Of a stretch of DNA of 64,000 nucleotides, positions 50,648-63,739 are shown one piece after another. Position numbers and translations under genes: made by a program. The first letter of the stretch is position 1, and every line of letters begins with the position of its first letter. The notes beneath the pieces are model-generated. The model did no database searches. It saw nothing but the letters and a program-made list of their open reading frames with translations, and had not been told where the DNA came from. The DNA is taken from assembly GCF_054482525.1 (NCBI RefSeq), contig NZ_CM137006.1; one strand, written 5' to 3'.

Positions 50648-50903
50648 CTTTTAATTCCTTCATGACAGGTAATGTAAGGTACGCGATGACAATACCATTT
50701 AATAATACCTTTTAAATACCTTTGCGGTGAAAACTTGACCGCGCTAACATTTTTTCTGATGAATCGAGCCAACAGAAAACGCTGAAAAAACATCCAAAAG
50801 ATGGAAAAACTCGCCTGTAACGACCAGGATTATGATTGCCCGCAAAAGGTGGGCCAGGACAATCCATAGCCGATATCCAATCGGAATTTACGGGAGCATA
50901 GTA

Positions 50904-51956
50904 ATGACAGATATTGCGCAGTTGCTTGGCAAAGACGCCGACAACCTTTTACAGCACCGTTGTATGACTATTCCTTCTGACCAGCTTTATCTCCCCGGAC
51001 ATGACTACGTAGACCGCGTGATGATTGACAATAATCGCCCGCCAGCGGTGTTACGTAATATGCAGACGTTGTACAACACCGGGCGTCTGGCTGGCACAGG
51101 ATATCTTTCTATTCTGCCGGTTGACCAGGGCGTTGAGCACTCTGCCGGAGCTTCATTTGCCGCTAACCCGCTCTACTTTGACCCGAAAAACATTGTTGAA
51201 CTGGCGATCGAAGCGGGCTGTAACTGTGTGGCGTCAACTTACGGCGTGCTGGCATCGGTATCGCGGCGTTACGCGCATCGCATTCCATTCCTCGTCAAAC
51301 TTAATCACAACGAGACGCTAAGTTACCCGAATACCTACGATCAAACGCTGTATGCCAGCGTGGAGCAGGCGTTCAACATGGGCGCGGTGGCGGTTGGTGC
51401 GACTATCTATTTTGGCTCGGAAGAGTCACGTCGCCAGATTGAAGAAATTTCTGCGGCTTTTGAACGTGCGCACGAGCTGGGCATGGTGACAGTGCTGTGG
51501 GCCTATTTGCGTAACTCCGCCTTTAAGAAAGATGGCGTTGATTACCATGTTTCCGCCGACCTGACTGGTCAGGCGAACCATCTGGCGGCAACCATAGGTG
51601 CAGATATCGTCAAACAAAAAATGGCGGAAAATAACGGCGGCTATAAAGCGATTAATTACGGTTATACCGACGATCGCGTGTACAGCAAGTTGACCAGCGA
51701 AAACCCGATTGATCTGGTGCGTTATCAGTTAGCTAACTGCTATATGGGCCGCGCAGGGTTGATAAACTCCGGCGGTGCTGCAGGCGGTGAAACTGACCTC
51801 AGCGATGCAGTGCGTACTGCGGTTATCAACAAACGCGCTGGCGGAATGGGGCTGATTCTTGGACGTAAGGCGTTCAAGAAATCGATGGCTGACGGCGTGA
51901 AACTGATTAACGCCGTGCAGGACGTTTATCTCGATAGCAAAATTACTATCGCCTGA
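50904..51956 (+). CDS. fbaB: Class I fructose-bisphosphate aldolase
   Basis: Start placed at [10 protein letters not shown] giving 350 aa. Confidence 0.9.
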
Positions 51957-52041
51957 TACGCCTTATACGAACAGCACTACCCCGTATGACGGAAAAGGCG
52001 TTTACGTCGCATCCGGCATAAAAACACGCGCACTTTGCTAC

Positions 52042-52069
52042 GGCTTCCCTATCGGGAGGCCGTTTTTTT
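52042..52069 (+). terminator. Intrinsic terminator after fbaB
   Basis: ggcttccc-tatc-gggaggcc hairpin followed by gttttttt; a REP-like palindrome lies just upstream. Confidence 0.55.
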
Positions 52070-52129
52070 GCCTGTCATTCTGATTAATTTTCGAATTGTC
52101 GTTTTTGTGATCGTTATCTCGACATTTAA

Positions 52130-53065
<936 letters not shown>

Positions 53066-53066
53066 T

Positions 53067-54329
<1,263 letters not shown>

Positions 54330-54338
54330 GGACGGTAT

Positions 54339-54791
54339 ATGACTAACCTGTTTGTTCGTAGCGGAATTTCTTTTGTCGATCGTAGCGAAGTTTTAACCCA
54401 TATCGGTAATGAGATGCTCGCGAAAGGTGTGGTTCATGATACCTGGCCACAGGCATTAATTGCCAGAGAAGCAGAATTCCCTACCGGGATAATGCTTGAG
54501 CAGCACGCCATTGCAATACCGCATTGTGAGGCGATTCATGCTAAGTCGTCAGCCATTTATCTGTTAAGGCCAACAAATAAAGTTCATTTTCAGCAAGCGG
54601 ATGATGATAACGACGTGGCGGTATCGTTGGTTATTGCGTTAATTGTGGAAAATCCGCAGCAGCAATTGAAACTTTTACGCTGTTTATTTGGCAAGTTACA
54701 ACAGCCCGATATCGTCGAGACACTAATCACTCTTCCTGAAACCCAGTTAAAGGAATACTTCACAAAGTATGTTTTAGATTCAGACGAATAA
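54339..54791 (+). CDS. gatA: Galactitol PTS EIIA component
   Basis: 150 aa. Confidence 0.9.
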   Translation: MTNLFVRSGISFVDRSEVLTHIGNEMLAKGVVHDTWPQALIAREAEFPTGIMLEQHAIAIPHCEAIHAKSSAIYLLRPTNKVHFQQADDDNDVAVSLVIALIVENPQQQLKLLRCLFGKLQQPDIVETLITLPETQLKEYFTKYVLDSDE

Positions 54792-54821
54792 ATCCCTCTG
54801 TAACAATAAAAAGGACTATTT

Positions 54822-55106
54822 ATGAAACGCAAGATTATTGTCGCTTGCGGAGGCGCGGTTGCGACCTCCACGATGGCGGCGGAAGAAATTAAAGAGTTGT
54901 GTCAGAGTCATAATATTCCTGTTGAATTAATCCAGTGTCGGGTTAATGAAATAGAGACCTATATGGATGGCGTGCATTTGATATGTACTACCGCCAAAGT
55001 TGACCGTAGTTTTGGCGATATTCCGTTAGTTCACGGCATGCCTTTTGTTTCTGGTGTCGGTATCGAAGCATTACAAAATAAAATTCTGACTATCTTACAG
55101 GGGTGA
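54822..55106 (+). CDS. gatB: Galactitol PTS EIIB component
   Basis: 94 aa; active-site Cys near N-terminus ([12 protein letters not shown]). Confidence 0.9.
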   Translation: MKRKIIVACGGAVATSTMAAEEIKELCQSHNIPVELIQCRVNEIETYMDGVHLICTTAKVDRSFGDIPLVHGMPFVSGVGIEALQNKILTILQG

Positions 55107-55109
55107 CCT

Positions 55110-56465
55110 ATGTTTTCAGAAGTCATGCGTTATATTCTCGACCTCGGCCCTACGGTGATGCTGCCGATTGTCATCATTATTTTTTCTAAAATATTAGGCA
55201 TGAAGGCAGGCGATTGCTTTAAAGCGGGTCTGCATATCGGGATTGGCTTTGTTGGCATTGGCCTTGTGATTGGCTTAATGCTGGATTCCATTGGTCCGGC
55301 GGCGAAAGCGATGGCGGAAAATTTCGACCTGAATCTGCATGTGGTCGATGTCGGTTGGCCGGGCTCTTCACCAATGACCTGGGCGTCGCAAATTGCGCTG
55401 GTGGCGATTCCGATTGCGATTCTGGTTAACGTGGCGATGCTACTGACCCGTATGACGCGGGTGGTAAATGTTGATATCTGGAATATCTGGCATATGACCT
55501 TCACCGGCGCATTGCTGCATCTGGCAACCGGTTCATGGATGATAGGGATGGCGGGTGTGGTAATTCACGCGGCGTTTGTTTATAAGCTCGGCGACTGGTT
55601 TGCCCGCGATACCCGAAATTTCTTTGAGCTGGAAGGCATTGCTATCCCGCACGGTACGTCGGCGTATCTGGGGCCGATTGCGGTGCTGGTGGATGCTATC
55701 ATCGAAAAAATCCCAGGCGTTAACCGTATTAAATTTAGCGCCGACGATATTCAGCGCAAATTTGGCCCATTTGGCGAACCTGTCACCGTGGGCTTTGTGA
55801 TGGGGCTGATTATCGGCATCCTCGCGGGTTACGATGTCAAAGGTGTATTGCAGCTGGCGGTAAAAACGGCGGCAGTTATGCTGCTGATGCCACGGGTGAT
55901 TAAACCCATCATGGATGGTTTAACGCCTATCGCTAAGCAGGCCCGTAGTCGTTTACAGGCGAAGTTCGGCGGTCAGGAGTTCCTGATTGGCCTTGATCCG
56001 GCGTTGCTGCTGGGGCATACGGCGGTGGTATCGGCAAGCCTGATTTTTATCCCGCTCACCATTTTTATTGCTGTTTGTGTGCCGGGTAATCAGGTGCTGC
56101 CGTTTGGCGATCTTGCCACCATCGGCTTCTTTGTGGCGATGGCAGTTGCCGTGCATCGAGGAAATCTGTTCCGCACCTTAATCTCGGGTGTCATCATTAT
56201 GAGCATCACCCTGTGGATCGCGACGCAAACTATTGGTTTGCACACCCAACTGGCGGCTAATGCTGGGGCGTTAAAAGCCGGAGGTATGGTGGCTTCAATG
56301 GATCAGGGCGGTTCTCCCATTACCTGGTTACTGATTCAGCTTTTCTCCCCGCAAAATATTCCCGGTTTCATTATTATCGGCGCAATTTATCTTACCGGTA
56401 TTTTCATGACCTGGCGTAGAGCGCGTGGTTTTATTAAACAAGAGAAAGCCGTTCTCGCAGAATAA
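55110..56465 (+). CDS. gatC: Galactitol PTS EIIC permease
   Basis: 451 aa polytopic membrane protein. Confidence 0.92.
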   Translation: MFSEVMRYILDLGPTVMLPIVIIIFSKILGMKAGDCFKAGLHIGIGFVGIGLVIGLMLDSIGPAAKAMAENFDLNLHVVDVGWPGSSPMTWASQIALVAIPIAILVNVAMLLTRMTRVVNVDIWNIWHMTFTGALLHLATGSWMIGMAGVVIHAAFVYKLGDWFARDTRNFFELEGIAIPHGTSAYLGPIAVLVDAIIEKIPGVNRIKFSADDIQRKFGPFGEPVTVGFVMGLIIGILAGYDVKGVLQLAVKTAAVMLLMPRVIKPIMDGLTPIAKQARSRLQAKFGGQEFLIGLDPALLLGHTAVVSASLIFIPLTIFIAVCVPGNQVLPFGDLATIGFFVAMAVAVHRGNLFRTLISGVIIMSITLWIATQTIGLHTQLAANAGALKAGGMVASMDQGGSPITWLLIQLFSPQNIPGFIIIGAIYLTGIFMTWRRARGFIKQEKAVLAE

Positions 56466-56512
56466 TTTTTACCTGAGGGGGAGTTTATCCCCCTTAACAA
56501 TCAGGAGTTTTT

Positions 56513-57553
56513 ATGAAATCAGTGGTGAATGATACTGATGGTATCGTGCGCATTGCAGAAAGCGTCATTCCTGAAATTAAACATCAGGATGAGGTACGGG
56601 TAAAAATTGCCAGCTCGGGCTTATGTGGTTCCGATTTACCCAGGATATTTAAAAATGGTGCACATTATTATCCAATAACGTTAGGCCATGAATTTAGCGG
56701 CTATATTGATGCGGTGGGATCCGGTGTTGATGATTTACACCCTGGCGATGCGGTTGCCTGTGTGCCGTTATTACCCTGTTTTACTTGTCCAGAGTGTTTG
56801 AAAGGGTTTTATTCCCAGTGCGCAAAATATGATTTTATTGGCTCGCGGCGTGATGGTGGATTTGCTGAATATATTGTCGTTAAGCGAAAAAATGTCTTTG
56901 CTCTACCCACGGATATGTCTATTGAGGATGGGGCTTTTATTGAGCCGATTACCGTTGGCCTGCATGCTTTTCATTTAGCGCAAGGTTGTGAGAATAAAAA
57001 CGTTATTATTATTGGTGCCGGAACCATTGGCCTGCTGGCTATTCAGTGCGCTGTCGCGCTGGGAGCAAAGAGTGTGACGGCTATCGACATTAGCTCAGAA
57101 AAACTGGCACTGGCAAAATCTTTCGGTGCGATGCAAACATTTAACAGCCTTGAAATGAGCGCGCCGCAAATGCAGGGCGTTTTACGCGAGCTGCGCTTTA
57201 ATCAGCTTATCCTCGAGACGGCTGGCGTCCCGCAAACCGTCGAACTGGCGGTAGAGATTGCCGGGCCTCATGCCCAGCTGGCGCTGGTGGGCACGTTGCA
57301 TCAGGATTTGCATTTAACATCGGCAACGTTTGGCAAAATATTACGTAAAGAGCTGACGGTTATCGGCAGTTGGATGAACTACTCCAGCCCTTGGCCGGGG
57401 CAGGAGTGGGAAACGGCGAGCCGGTTGCTGACAGAACGTAAGTTAAGCCTGGAGCCATTAATCGCTCACCGTGGAAGCTTTGAAAGCTTCGCCCAGGCGG
57501 TGCGTGACATCGCTCGTAATGCTATGCCGGGCAAAGTGTTGCTCATTCCCTGA
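56513..57553 (+). CDS. gatD: Galactitol-1-phosphate 5-dehydrogenase (Zn-dependent MDR family)
   Basis: 346 aa; Zn-ADH motifs and GAGTIG Rossmann motif. Confidence 0.92.
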   Translation: MKSVVNDTDGIVRIAESVIPEIKHQDEVRVKIASSGLCGSDLPRIFKNGAHYYPITLGHEFSGYIDAVGSGVDDLHPGDAVACVPLLPCFTCPECLKGFYSQCAKYDFIGSRRDGGFAEYIVVKRKNVFALPTDMSIEDGAFIEPITVGLHAFHLAQGCENKNVIIIGAGTIGLLAIQCAVALGAKSVTAIDISSEKLALAKSFGAMQTFNSLEMSAPQMQGVLRELRFNQLILETAGVPQTVELAVEIAGPHAQLALVGTLHQDLHLTSATFGKILRKELTVIGSWMNYSSPWPGQEWETASRLLTERKLSLEPLIAHRGSFESFAQAVRDIARNAMPGKVLLIP

Positions 57554-57652
57554 AACTGCGGGCCAGCGTGATGCTGGCCCGGTATTGTGCAAAACAGATC
57601 ATTCACCAATGGTCCCCCTTCGTTTACACTAGCCACAATTGAATATGGGTAA

Positions 57653-58432
57653 ATGACGATGAATTCATTCGAGCGAAGGAATAAGATCATCCAATTAGTG
57701 AATGAACAGGGAACCGTGCTTGTTCAGGATCTGGCGGGAGTATTTGCTGCCTCGGAAGCGACAATCCGTGCCGATTTGCGCTTTCTCGAACAAAAAGGCG
57801 TAGTTACGCGCTTTCATGGCGGTGCGGCGAAAATAATGTCCGGTAATAGTGAAACCGAGACCCAGGAAGTTGGGTTTAAAGAGCGATTTCAGCTCGCCAG
57901 TGCGCCAAAAAACAGAATAGCGCAGGCGGCAGTCAAAATGATCCACGAAGGGATGACCGTTATTCTCGACAGCGGAAGTACCACAATGCTTATCGCCGAA
58001 GGTTTAATGACCGCCAAAAATATCACGGTGATTACCAACAGTCTCCCGGCGGCGTTTGCCCTTTCCGAAAATAAAGACATTACTCTGGTCGTCTGTGGTG
58101 GCACCGTCCGCCATAAAACGCGCTCGATGCATGGTTCCATTGCCGAGCGTTCATTGCAGGATATTAATGCCGATTTAATGTTTGTCGGTGCTGATGGTAT
58201 TGATGCGGTTAATGGTATTACGACCTTTAATGAAGGTTATTCGATTAGCGGGGCGATGGTCACAGCCGCAAATAAAGTGATTGCCGTTCTCGATTCATCG
58301 AAATTTAATCGTCGCGGTTTTAATCAGGTACTGCCAATCGAAAAAATCGACATTATTATTACCGACGATGCTGTGTCAGAGGTGGATAAACTGGCATTGC
58401 AGAAGACACGGGTGAAATTAATTACGGTGTAG
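57653..58432 (+). CDS. gatR: DeoR-family repressor of the gat operon (uninterrupted here)
   Basis: N-terminal DeoR HTH; start may be 57653 or 57659. Confidence 0.85.
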   Translation: MTMNSFERRNKIIQLVNEQGTVLVQDLAGVFAASEATIRADLRFLEQKGVVTRFHGGAAKIMSGNSETETQEVGFKERFQLASAPKNRIAQAAVKMIHEGMTVILDSGSTTMLIAEGLMTAKNITVITNSLPAAFALSENKDITLVVCGGTVRHKTRSMHGSIAERSLQDINADLMFVGADGIDAVNGITTFNEGYSISGAMVTAANKVIAVLDSSKFNRRGFNQVLPIEKIDIIITDDAVSEVDKLALQKTRVKLITV

Positions 58433-58513
58433 TATTGCTCTGTATGCCGGATAAAGTTTTTACACCGCATCCGGCATTACGGATTCTCCCTGGTTCAAGA
58501 GAGAATAGTGTGA

Positions 58514-59413
58514 TTAACGCAACAATGGGCAATCTGGTGGTAATCGACAACGCAACGCCGCCGGAAGTATTTCAATATGAAAGTTTTGCCCACTCAACGG
58601 TTCGCCATCAAGATTAAAAGTGATTTCGTGTGGGGCTTGTATATCAAACCACGACGAAGCACCTTCGATAATATTCGGGTTATCTTCGTCAGATTTTAAG
58701 GTTGATACGAGAGCTGGAAGAATTTCATCGCCGGTAAAAATGCGCAGTTGCAGCAGGCCATCGTTAATTAACGCGTTCGGGCACAATTGCTGACCGCCAC
58801 CGGCCTGACGCCCGTTACCAATACCAATGACCAGGGCGTCACCTTGCCAGTGAAAGTTTTCACCGCGGATCTCACAACGGTCCGGTTGCAGAGTATCCAT
58901 GCGCATTAAGCCATGAATGATGTAAGAGACGCCACCCAGCGCGGCTTTTAATTTTTCCGGCGTTTCTGTGGTAATACGCGTCCCAAATCCGCCTGTCGCC
59001 ATATTAATAAAACAGGTTTGTTTATTGACCTGCGCCATATCTATCGCAATGGCGTTACCGGCAATTGCCAGTTTCAGCGCCTTATCCAGTGCCTCAGGAA
59101 TCCCTACACTGGTGGCAAAATCATTGGCGGTTCCTAATGGTAAAATTCCCAGCGCGGGTATGTCATCCCCCTCACACTGAATCAACGCCGTAGAAACTTC
59201 ATTAATGGTGCCATCGCCACCACCGGCAATCACCGTTGCGACGCCCAACTTCCGTGCCTCCTCTACATATCGTGCGGCATCGCCTTTCTCCCAGGTGACC
59301 CGCACATGGATCGTCATTCCTTCCTCACGCAACAGCATAATTGCTTCGCGCAAGGGTAGATTGTCAGTACTTTTGCCATTAAGAATCAGTAAGCTGGCGG
59401 GAAATTCTGCCAT
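58514..59413 (-). CDS. yegS: Lipid kinase YegS (DAGK-catalytic family)
   Basis: 299 aa; GGDGT motif. Confidence 0.9.
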   Translation of the reverse strand: MAEFPASLLILNGKSTDNLPLREAIMLLREEGMTIHVRVTWEKGDAARYVEEARKLGVATVIAGGGDGTINEVSTALIQCEGDDIPALGILPLGTANDFATSVGIPEALDKALKLAIAGNAIAIDMAQVNKQTCFINMATGGFGTRITTETPEKLKAALGGVSYIIHGLMRMDTLQPDRCEIRGENFHWQGDALVIGIGNGRQAGGGQQLCPNALINDGLLQLRIFTGDEILPALVSTLKSDEDNPNIIEGASSWFDIQAPHEITFNLDGEPLSGQNFHIEILPAALRCRLPPDCPLLR

Positions 59414-59827
59414 GATCGTATGTGCCTTTATGATTGGTCTGTAGACAGTGTAGAGCAGAAAACAAAAGGTGGAGTCAGAACAGGATGAAAATCGGAGGAT
59501 AAAAAGTCAGTTCAAGTATGGAGGATTCAGTGGTTACCACCAGGAGCTTGCAATGGGAACATCGAATATTAACGGTAGCCACCAGTAAATTTCAAAAAAG
59601 AGCAAATACCTAATATTCAACTAAACAGTGGCATCTTCAATATCTTATTCTAAATATATTAAAGCCCTCATGGGGATACCTGGGCAGGGCTTCATGTTTG
59701 TAATTCCTACTTATGTAGGAAATGTTGTACAGAACATTTATTATAATCCTATTCAATTATAATAATCATGCCATTATTATATTTTAACACCAGAGCGTGT
59801 CGTTGGTATTTAATGGGGGAAGGTGAG

Positions 59828-60145
59828 ATGAAAAAGATAGCTGCTATATCATTAATTAGTGTTTTTCTTATGTCTGGGTGTGCTGTACATAATGATGAGA
59901 CAAGTATCGGTAAATTTGGTCTTGCATATAAAAGTAATATTCAGCGTAAACTCGATAACCAATACTACACCGAAGCCGAAGCTTCTTTAGCCAGGGGCAG
60001 AATTTCTGGTGCAGAAAATATAGTAAAAAATGATGCAGCTCATTTCTGTGTTACTCAGGGCAAAAAAATGCAGATAGTTGACCTGAAGACAGAAGGTGCA
60101 GGATTACATGGCGTCGCTCGTCTGACATTCAAATGTGGAGAGTGA
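59828..60145 (+). CDS. yegR: Small lipoprotein YegR
   Basis: Start placed at MKKIAAISLISVFLMSGC giving 105 aa with lipobox. Confidence 0.75.
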   Translation: MKKIAAISLISVFLMSGCAVHNDETSIGKFGLAYKSNIQRKLDNQYYTEAEASLARGRISGAENIVKNDAAHFCVTQGKKMQIVDLKTEGAGLHGVARLTFKCGE

Positions 60146-60315
60146 GAATATTTTTTGGTAAGCGTCAAACATCCGCGTTCTGGTTGTGCTTAGCCGGAAC
60201 CTGTGCGAGCACGATGCCGTTACGTGAAAGGCATCGTGCTATGAAGGGAGATTCTATCGATGTGGTCAATGGAAGACGGTCACCTGGGATCAATCCGTCT
60301 CTATGGTTTATGCAC

Positions 60316-60342
60316 AAAAAATAAGCCCGTGTAAGGGAGATT
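60316..60342. repeat. P2-type attachment core (27 bp), left junction of the prophage
   Basis: aaaaaataagcccgtgtaagggagatt matches the phage P2 att core as I recall it; the integrase gene follows. Confidence 0.7.
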
Positions 60343-60421
60343 TAGGGTGTCACCAGTAGGGGCTTTCAACGGTACAATGCGGGTTTGAGCGGCATAAATT
60401 ACCACTGAAAGCCCTTAAACG

Positions 60422-61435
60422 TTACTCTACTGTGGACACTGTGTGGACACTCTCGGCCTCAGTACCACCTCTTAGCGGATTAAGAGAAATGGCGTCCTGA
60501 AGGTACTCTGGCGCAAAATGAGCGTAAACCATAGTTTGTTCAATCCGCGTGTGACCTAGTATCCGTTGTAGCGTGATAATACTTCCTCCATTAATCATGA
60601 AATGAGTGGCAAAGCTGTGCCTTAGTGCATGTGTGGCTTGCCCCATTGGCAAATCCGGTTTTATTGCTTTCATTGTTCGTCTGAAGCGAGGGTAATCAGC
60701 ATCAGGGAATAAAAAACCTCGTTTGTTATCCGCGATCATTTTGGCAACAGCCTCTGAGATCGGGACGGTGCGTGGTTTGTTTGTTTTCGTTTTAACAAAC
60801 GTGACGCGGTTATGGATGATATTTTCTGCTTTCAAACGAGCTGCTTCTCCCCAACGTGCGCCTGTACTCAGGCAAAGAATCGCAATCTTTTTGTTGTCGC
60901 CGTCAAGTGCTGCAAGCAGTAAGGCAATTTCTTCCTGTGTGAGATAGCCTGTTTCTGGTTTTTCCTCCTTAAGCCTCTTTGTCCCTCTGATAGGGTGCTC
61001 ACCAAAGAATAACTCCGCTTCAATCAGGGCTGTAAACATGCCGCTAATACATGTTAAATCACGATTGATACTCGAAGGTTTAATACCCTGACTTCTTCGG
61101 GTGGCGCAGTACTGGCTGATAAGGGATTTCGTGATTTGAAATGCGCATGGGTCATTCGTTATTTTTGTGAAGATTTCAATTTTTCCAAGATTAGATTTCC
61201 CATGCTCTTCGTGTTTACCCTTTAAATCCCACCAGATCTGTGTCAGTTCCGACAGACGTCGTTTGTCTGTTGGTTTTGATAGCCATTCTTTATTGTGGTG
61301 GTTGTACAACGTGTATTTTTCGAAAGCGACAGCTTCGCTTTTCTTATCAAACTTCCTACGGATGCGTTTTCCGTTACGTCCAGTAGGGCGGATGTCCACT
61401 TCATATCGACCATCATCGAGTTTTTTGATTGCCAT
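60422..61435 (-). CDS. int: P2-type tyrosine integrase (337 aa)
   Basis: Catalytic motifs HALRHSFAT and MVYAHF; adjacent to the att core. Confidence 0.9.
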   Translation of the reverse strand: MAIKKLDDGRYEVDIRPTGRNGKRIRRKFDKKSEAVAFEKYTLYNHHNKEWLSKPTDKRRLSELTQIWWDLKGKHEEHGKSNLGKIEIFTKITNDPCAFQITKSLISQYCATRRSQGIKPSSINRDLTCISGMFTALIEAELFFGEHPIRGTKRLKEEKPETGYLTQEEIALLLAALDGDNKKIAILCLSTGARWGEAARLKAENIIHNRVTFVKTKTNKPRTVPISEAVAKMIADNKRGFLFPDADYPRFRRTMKAIKPDLPMGQATHALRHSFATHFMINGGSIITLQRILGHTRIEQTMVYAHFAPEYLQDAISLNPLRGGTEAESVHTVSTVE

Positions 61436-61550
61436 CAGAAAACCCTCCGAGTGGTACTTTTTTTTGCTACTACTAATCGCTTTTTTCGTGGTGGCTGAAA
61501 TTTAGCCACCAATAGTAGGCACTTGTGATGAATATATTCACGATAAATTG

Positions 61551-61850
61551 TTAACCAGTCTTTTGACCGGAGTGGGGCGACGTTGTTTCGTTTTGCCCAA
61601 AGTGTGCGAGAGCGGGCGCAATTTGCCCGGCTTCTGGAGCTACCTGATCAGTCATGAACCACAAAGTATATTTAGTAAATCTGGGATGTTGTAAGACCTT
61701 CATTATGGCTTCAACTCCAGCGTTTTTTGACCGGCTCTCATAGCTCGAAAGTGAGCTGTAGGCTACACCAGTTAATTCACTGAATTCTTTACGGTTTAAC
61801 CTTTCAGATTCACGGATTAGCTTCAACTTCTCCGAAACGTCTATTGACAT
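61551..61850 (-). CDS. P2 C-type immunity repressor (99 aa)
   Basis: Start placed at MSIDVSEKLK; HTH; divergent from cox. Confidence 0.75.
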   Translation of the reverse strand: MSIDVSEKLKLIRESERLNRKEFSELTGVAYSSLSSYESRSKNAGVEAIMKVLQHPRFTKYTLWFMTDQVAPEAGQIAPALAHFGQNETTSPHSGQKTG

Positions 61851-61971
61851 AATTACTCCGATTGCGTAATTTCTTGCTGATAGTGTGAAATATTGTGCTT
61901 CTGGAGTTATCCTTTTAGGCAATAATTAGCCATTAGGAGCCATTAGAAGCACTAAGGGAGAATCGTAGCAG

Positions 61972-62247
61972 ATGAATAGACAGCTTGTAAGCGTGACTGA
62001 TGCCGTGCCTTATCAGGAGTTTGCAAAACTCATTGGTAAAACTCCAAGAGCTGTAAGAGGCATGATTGAGAAAGGGAAATTACCAGTTATTGAGATTACT
62101 GACCCTCAGTCAGTATCGGGGCGTGCTGGTGAATATTGGGTATACCTTCCGGCATGGAATAACGGACTAAAACTGGCTTATGAAAGCCGTCCTAAAGAAA
62201 TTCGTGACGGCTGGTTGATGTGGTTAGGTCTCGGTGAACCACGTTAA
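61972..62247 (+). CDS. cox: P2 Cox-like excisionase/repressor (91 aa)
   Basis: Size and position; first gene of the early operon. Confidence 0.8.
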   Translation: MNRQLVSVTDAVPYQEFAKLIGKTPRAVRGMIEKGKLPVIEITDPQSVSGRAGEYWVYLPAWNNGLKLAYESRPKEIRDGWLMWLGLGEPR

Positions 62248-62257
62248 GGAGAACCGT

Positions 62258-62428
62258 ATGAATGAGCCTCGTTGTATTGCTCAGTTATTGCGTAACGAAA
62301 GCCCTAGGGCGATTGACTTCACCATCACCCACGGTAAGGGGCGTAAGGGAATCATTATCCGCACCAAAAAACAGAGTCCGTTAAAAAAGGCTCTGACCTT
62401 TCTGAAAAGCCGGAGGGTCTGGAAATGA
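62258..62428 (+). CDS. P2 orf78-like small protein
   Basis: SD aaggag then ATG at 62258; position in the early operon. Confidence 0.55.
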   Translation: MNEPRCIAQLLRNESPRAIDFTITHGKGRKGIIIRTKKQSPLKKALTFLKSRRVWK

Positions 62429-62925
62429 CAGTGATGACGCTCAATCTCGTTGAAAAACAGCCAGCAGCTATGCGCCGGATAATTGGTAAGCATCTGGCCG
62501 TCCCTCGCTGGCAGGAGACATGCGATTATTATAATCAGATGATGGAACGCGAACGGCTAACGGTTTGCTTCCATGCGCAGTTAAAACAGCGTCACGCAAC
62601 GATGCGTTTTGAAGAAATGAACGACGTCGAACGTGAACGGCTGGTTTGTGCAATTGATGAACTGCGTGGGGCATTCTCAAAACGCCGTCAGGTCGGTGCA
62701 AGTGAGTATGCATATATTAGCTTTTTAACTGTCAGTCAGCGCCGTACTTTATTTATGCATGCCGGATTGACTGAAAAAGAATTCAACCAGCCATACTGGC
62801 GAATTAATGAAGAATCATGTTACTGGCGTGATGCCTTATTCCGTGCATTACGTGAATTATTCAGCCTGTTTGAGTATGCACCGACAATTCTGACGTCGGT
62901 AAAACCAGAGCAATATCTGCATTAA
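62425..62925 (+). CDS. P2 B-like replication protein (166 aa)
   Basis: Size and position match P2 gene B. Confidence 0.75.
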   Translation: MTVMTLNLVEKQPAAMRRIIGKHLAVPRWQETCDYYNQMMERERLTVCFHAQLKQRHATMRFEEMNDVERERLVCAIDELRGAFSKRRQVGASEYAYISFLTVSQRRTLFMHAGLTEKEFNQPYWRINEESCYWRDALFRALRELFSLFEYAPTILTSVKPEQYLH

Positions 62926-62988
62926 GTAATTAACCAGAGTTTTTAACGCACTTAATTGTGCGGGGCTTCTTTTTGCCTGGAGAAAGTC

Positions 62989-63213
62989 ATGCATACAGTT
63001 TCTGAAAATCAGTGCGGTAAATACGCATTACTGCTGCAACAGGCCAGAACCGAAGCACAGGCCGACGCAGCGACGCGCTTTTCTTCTCATCTTGACGCCA
63101 TGATTCGCCACATCACAAAGGCGGAGTTATCCCGCGTAGAGATAGTCGAGCTGCTCAGTCAGGAGTCGGAAAAATTTCACAATATCGGATTGTCTCGCGG
63201 GGAGGTGCTTTGA
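62989..63213 (+). CDS. P2 orf80-like protein (74 aa)
   Basis: Position; start placed at MHTVSENQ. Confidence 0.55.
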   Translation: MHTVSENQCGKYALLLQQARTEAQADAATRFSSHLDAMIRHITKAELSRVEIVELLSQESEKFHNIGLSRGEVL

Positions 63214-63512
63214 TGTCCTGTTCTCATTCAGTTGTATTACTGAATAACGCCTTAAAAATCGCCGTTATGAAAAATGGCGATTTGTCTCTTATTCAACTTT
63301 GTCTTGATAAAGAAAAACGCGACATCACTGAATCTGTTATCGCGATTTATCAGAATGAATTAAACCTCCTGTCTGATGTGGTCAATTTACTTGTTAAACG
63401 CGCTGTATTCCACAAGCAAATTTCCTCAGTGGATGAACTGACAAAATTAACGACAGAACTTGCCAGTTATTGCGCTGATGTATCCAGGAAACTTAACGAT
63501 AAAAGGAGCTGA
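63210..63512 (+). CDS. P2 orf81-like protein (100 aa)
   Basis: Position; overlaps neighbouring stop/start. Confidence 0.55.
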   Translation: MMSCSHSVVLLNNALKIAVMKNGDLSLIQLCLDKEKRDITESVIAIYQNELNLLSDVVNLLVKRAVFHKQISSVDELTKLTTELASYCADVSRKLNDKRS

Positions 63513-63514
63513 TA

Positions 63515-63739
63515 ATGCCGGATAACGTAGATTTTATTCAGGAACAACAGGCTGAATTACTGGAGCGCCAGATTAACGCGGCAAGGGTAAAACATTGCGG
63601 TGCTTCTGCGCTGGTTTGCGAAGAGTGTGACGCGCCAATACCTGCTGCCCGTCGTGCGGCTTATCCGTCAGCCACGCGTTGTGTTTCCTGTCAGTCAGTC
63701 TTTGAAGCAAAAAACAAACATTACCGGAGAACGGCATGA
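63515..63739 (+). CDS. P2 orf82-like C4 zinc-finger protein (TraR/DksA-like), 74 aa
   Basis: CEECDAPIPAARRAAYPSATRCVSC zinc-finger motif. Confidence 0.6.
   Translation: MPDNVDFIQEQQAELLERQINAARVKHCGASALVCEECDAPIPAARRAAYPSATRCVSCQSVFEAKNKHYRRTA

Noticed and set aside
58455-58489. Palindrome atgccggat...atccggcat after gatR as a terminator
   Set aside because: It looks more like a REP-type palindromic element than a terminator (no clear T-tract); not listed as a feature because the family assignment is uncertain.
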